From positions 1 to 64,000 of the IMG/VR virus record IMGVR_UViG_3300030333_002570: a stretch of 64,000 nucleotides of DNA, one strand, 5' to 3'. Under the pieces are notes generated by a model, which saw only the letters and a list, made by a program, of their open reading frames with translations, ran no database searches and was not told the origin of the DNA. This stretch comes from a virus. The translations under genes were made by a program, and so were the position numbers. Below are positions 62,120 to 64,000 of the stretch, piece by piece; position 1 is the first letter of the stretch, and each line of letters begins with the position of its first letter.

Positions 62120-62732
62120 AACTGATTTTAACCTGTTTCCTACTCCAGTAACCCACTGGAGAGGATTATTGAAGACTATAGAGGTTCAACCTATAGTCGA
62201 TTTTTGTAAGAACTATAAATCAGGTCAACATAATATGTTAGAAGGGGACGCAGTATGCTCTAGTGGCAGTACTCGTCCTCTTTCTCATACAGACAGTATT
62301 TTAAGAGAGATAGATAAAACCCTTGGTTTAGACCTTTCTGAGGCGTTAGAGGACGTTTTAAACAGGTATGCGAAGCAATATGGCATACAACCAGTAACTT
62401 TGACTAATAGTTGGTTTAACCTCCAATCTGAAGGGAGTGTCTTGAGACAACATAATCACCCCTTTAGTGTAATATCTGCTGCATTATTTGTTAATGCACC
62501 TAAGAATTGTAGTAAATTATATTTTGAAAATCCAAATCCTCATATAGAGTTTAATTATAGGTTGGATGAAAAAGGAAGAAATGAGAGTTTATATGAATAT
62601 TGGCATTTTGAACCAGAATCAGGAGATTTAGTGATATTTCCATCATGGTTAAAGCATGGATCGATGTATGAAAAGAATAATAGTACTGATAGACTAGTCA
62701 TAAGCGTAAATGCAGTTAGGAAAACCGACTAA
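62106..62732 (+). CDS. 2OG-Fe(II) oxygenase (TIGR02466-like)
   Basis: SWFN......L..HNHPFS.IS..LFV, FPSWLKH, RLVISVN. Confidence 0.92.
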   Translation: MRANKTDFNLFPTPVTHWRGLLKTIEVQPIVDFCKNYKSGQHNMLEGDAVCSSGSTRPLSHTDSILREIDKTLGLDLSEALEDVLNRYAKQYGIQPVTLTNSWFNLQSEGSVLRQHNHPFSVISAALFVNAPKNCSKLYFENPNPHIEFNYRLDEKGRNESLYEYWHFEPESGDLVIFPSWLKHGSMYEKNNSTDRLVISVNAVRKTD

Positions 62733-62756
62733 ATATAATTAGTTGTTATGTATTAA

Positions 62757-63041
62757 GTGACATATCAGGCTTTACCAGATGGATTATTCATTAATTCTAG
62801 TCAAGTTGCTGGCCAAGGTATATTTACCAATAAAGCACTAGAGATAGGTACTGATCTAGGCATGTCACACCTTATAATTGGTGATGAGATCATTAGGACA
62901 CCGTTAGGAGGGTTTATAAACCACTCTGACACTCCAAATTGTGAAAAATATATGATAGATAACCGTTATTATGTTCGAGTGATTAGATCGATTGTTCCTA
63001 TGGAAGAATTGTTTCTTAAGTACACCTTTTATACTGTATAA
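62757..63041 (+). CDS. Minimal SET-domain protein
   Basis: AGQGIF (GxG), GFINHSDTPNC (NHS motif), EELFLKY (EEL...Y motif). Confidence 0.88.
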   Translation: MTYQALPDGLFINSSQVAGQGIFTNKALEIGTDLGMSHLIIGDEIIRTPLGGFINHSDTPNCEKYMIDNRYYVRVIRSIVPMEELFLKYTFYTV

Positions 63042-63460
63042 TGGCATTAAAAGAAGTTTCAGGAACTAATACTAATTTATCCCGTGCATTTAAAGATATT
63101 GCTATGGGATTTCGTCGTAATACAGTTACTAAGGATACTGGTATTGTTAAGAACGAAAATTCTATTAAGCAATCAATAAGGAATTTAATACTTACACAAA
63201 AAGGCGAGAGATTAATGCAACCTGATGTTGGGTGCGAAGTCTTTACCCTTTTATTTGAACCCTTAGACCCTATGACAGCTGACGCAGTTAGGGATGAGAT
63301 CATAAATACTATTAATCAATATGAGCCTAGAGTTAGTCTTATAGATGTTACTGTCAATACAGTTGAAATCTATAACAAATTCGATGTTACTGTAGAATAT
63401 CGCATTGTCGGACAACCTATTGTTGAAGAAGTCGATTTCGTATTAAAGAGACCTGAGTAA
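63041..63460 (+). CDS. g25: Baseplate wedge subunit gp25
   Basis: SIKQSIRNLILT.KGER..QP..G...LFEP.D, IN.YEPRV. Confidence 0.95.
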   Translation: MALKEVSGTNTNLSRAFKDIAMGFRRNTVTKDTGIVKNENSIKQSIRNLILTQKGERLMQPDVGCEVFTLLFEPLDPMTADAVRDEIINTINQYEPRVSLIDVTVNTVEIYNKFDVTVEYRIVGQPIVEEVDFVLKRPE

Positions 63461-64000
63461 TGCAACCAAATAATCTTACAGCATTAGATTTTACTGATGT
63501 AAAAGCTTCTATTAAGTCCTATTTACGGACCAGGGAGGAATTTACTGATTATGATTTTGATGGTGCAGCTTTATCATACTTAATAGATGTTTTAGCTTAT
63601 AATACGTACTATACCGCATTTAATGCCAATATGTCATTGAATGAGGCGTTTTTACCTTCCGCTACTGTTCGTGATAACGTAGTAAATATTGCAAAACTAC
63701 TAAATTATGTTCCACGTTCTATTATTGCATCACAAGCAACGGTAAATTTAACGATTCAAACTAAGCAAACGAGTAATTCTTATCCAAGTACTATTACTCT
63801 TGCGAAAGGACCAGTTCTTTCAGGTGGAAAATACTTCTTTAACGTTACTGCACCTACTACAGCATCTGTTGATTCTGTTACAGGAATAGCGAATTTAAAC
63901 AATCTTGTATGTAAGCAGGGATCTATTGTATCTTTCTCTTATATTGTCAATACTTTCCAACAACAAACTTATGTAATTCCTTCTCCTAACTGCGATATAA
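63460..64000 (+). CDS. g6: Baseplate wedge subunit gp6, 5' part (runs off window)
   Basis: LDFTDVK..IK.YL....EFTDYDFDG..LS.LIDVLAYNTYY.AFNANM..NE.FL.SATVRDNVV. Confidence 0.96.
   Translation, partial: MQPNNLTALDFTDVKASIKSYLRTREEFTDYDFDGAALSYLIDVLAYNTYYTAFNANMSLNEAFLPSATVRDNVVNIAKLLNYVPRSIIASQATVNLTIQTKQTSNSYPSTITLAKGPVLSGGKYFFNVTAPTTASVDSVTGIANLNNLVCKQGSIVSFSYIVNTFQQQTYVIPSPNCDI

Overview
This window is part of a T4-like marine cyanomyovirus genome (Kyanoviridae). The likely host is Prochlorococcus, judged from the D1 sequence, the AT-rich composition and the ho1/thyX/petF/cp12/cpeT gene set; the layout resembles P-SSM2. From left to right it holds: the 3' end of psbA; a manA-like RNA leader with an outer-membrane beta-barrel gene; glutaredoxin, thyX, ho1, phoH, an exonuclease, g33, g59 and g32; a baseplate/tail module (g53, g48, g4, g54-like, g26/g51, two tape-measure-like paralogues, a g27-like hub, g5) with cp12 and cpeT inserted; large virion and fibre proteins plus six small proteins sharing one adaptor domain; an island of 2OG-Fe(II) oxygenases with a QueG-like Fe-S protein; two DNA methyltransferases, a nuclease-like gene and an SF2 helicase; an early region of small ORFs behind a repeated two-box promoter; then petF, a SET-domain gene, g25 and the start of g6. 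I recognised no tRNA, rRNA, CRISPR array, intron or transposase. The strongest leads are (1) a probable programmed -1 frameshift (T TTT TTC) fusing gp26 to a start-less gp51 just upstream of the tape-measure-like genes; (2) a cluster of cyanobacterial-type DnaA boxes around an AT-rich segment at about 58.35-58.53 kb; (3) a nine-copy two-box promoter with fixed spacing; (4) an unnamed structured RNA leader before the helicase; and (5) a QueG-like protein and a ligand-less pseudo-oxygenase in the dioxygenase island. All family assignments come from motif recognition by eye, with no database search.
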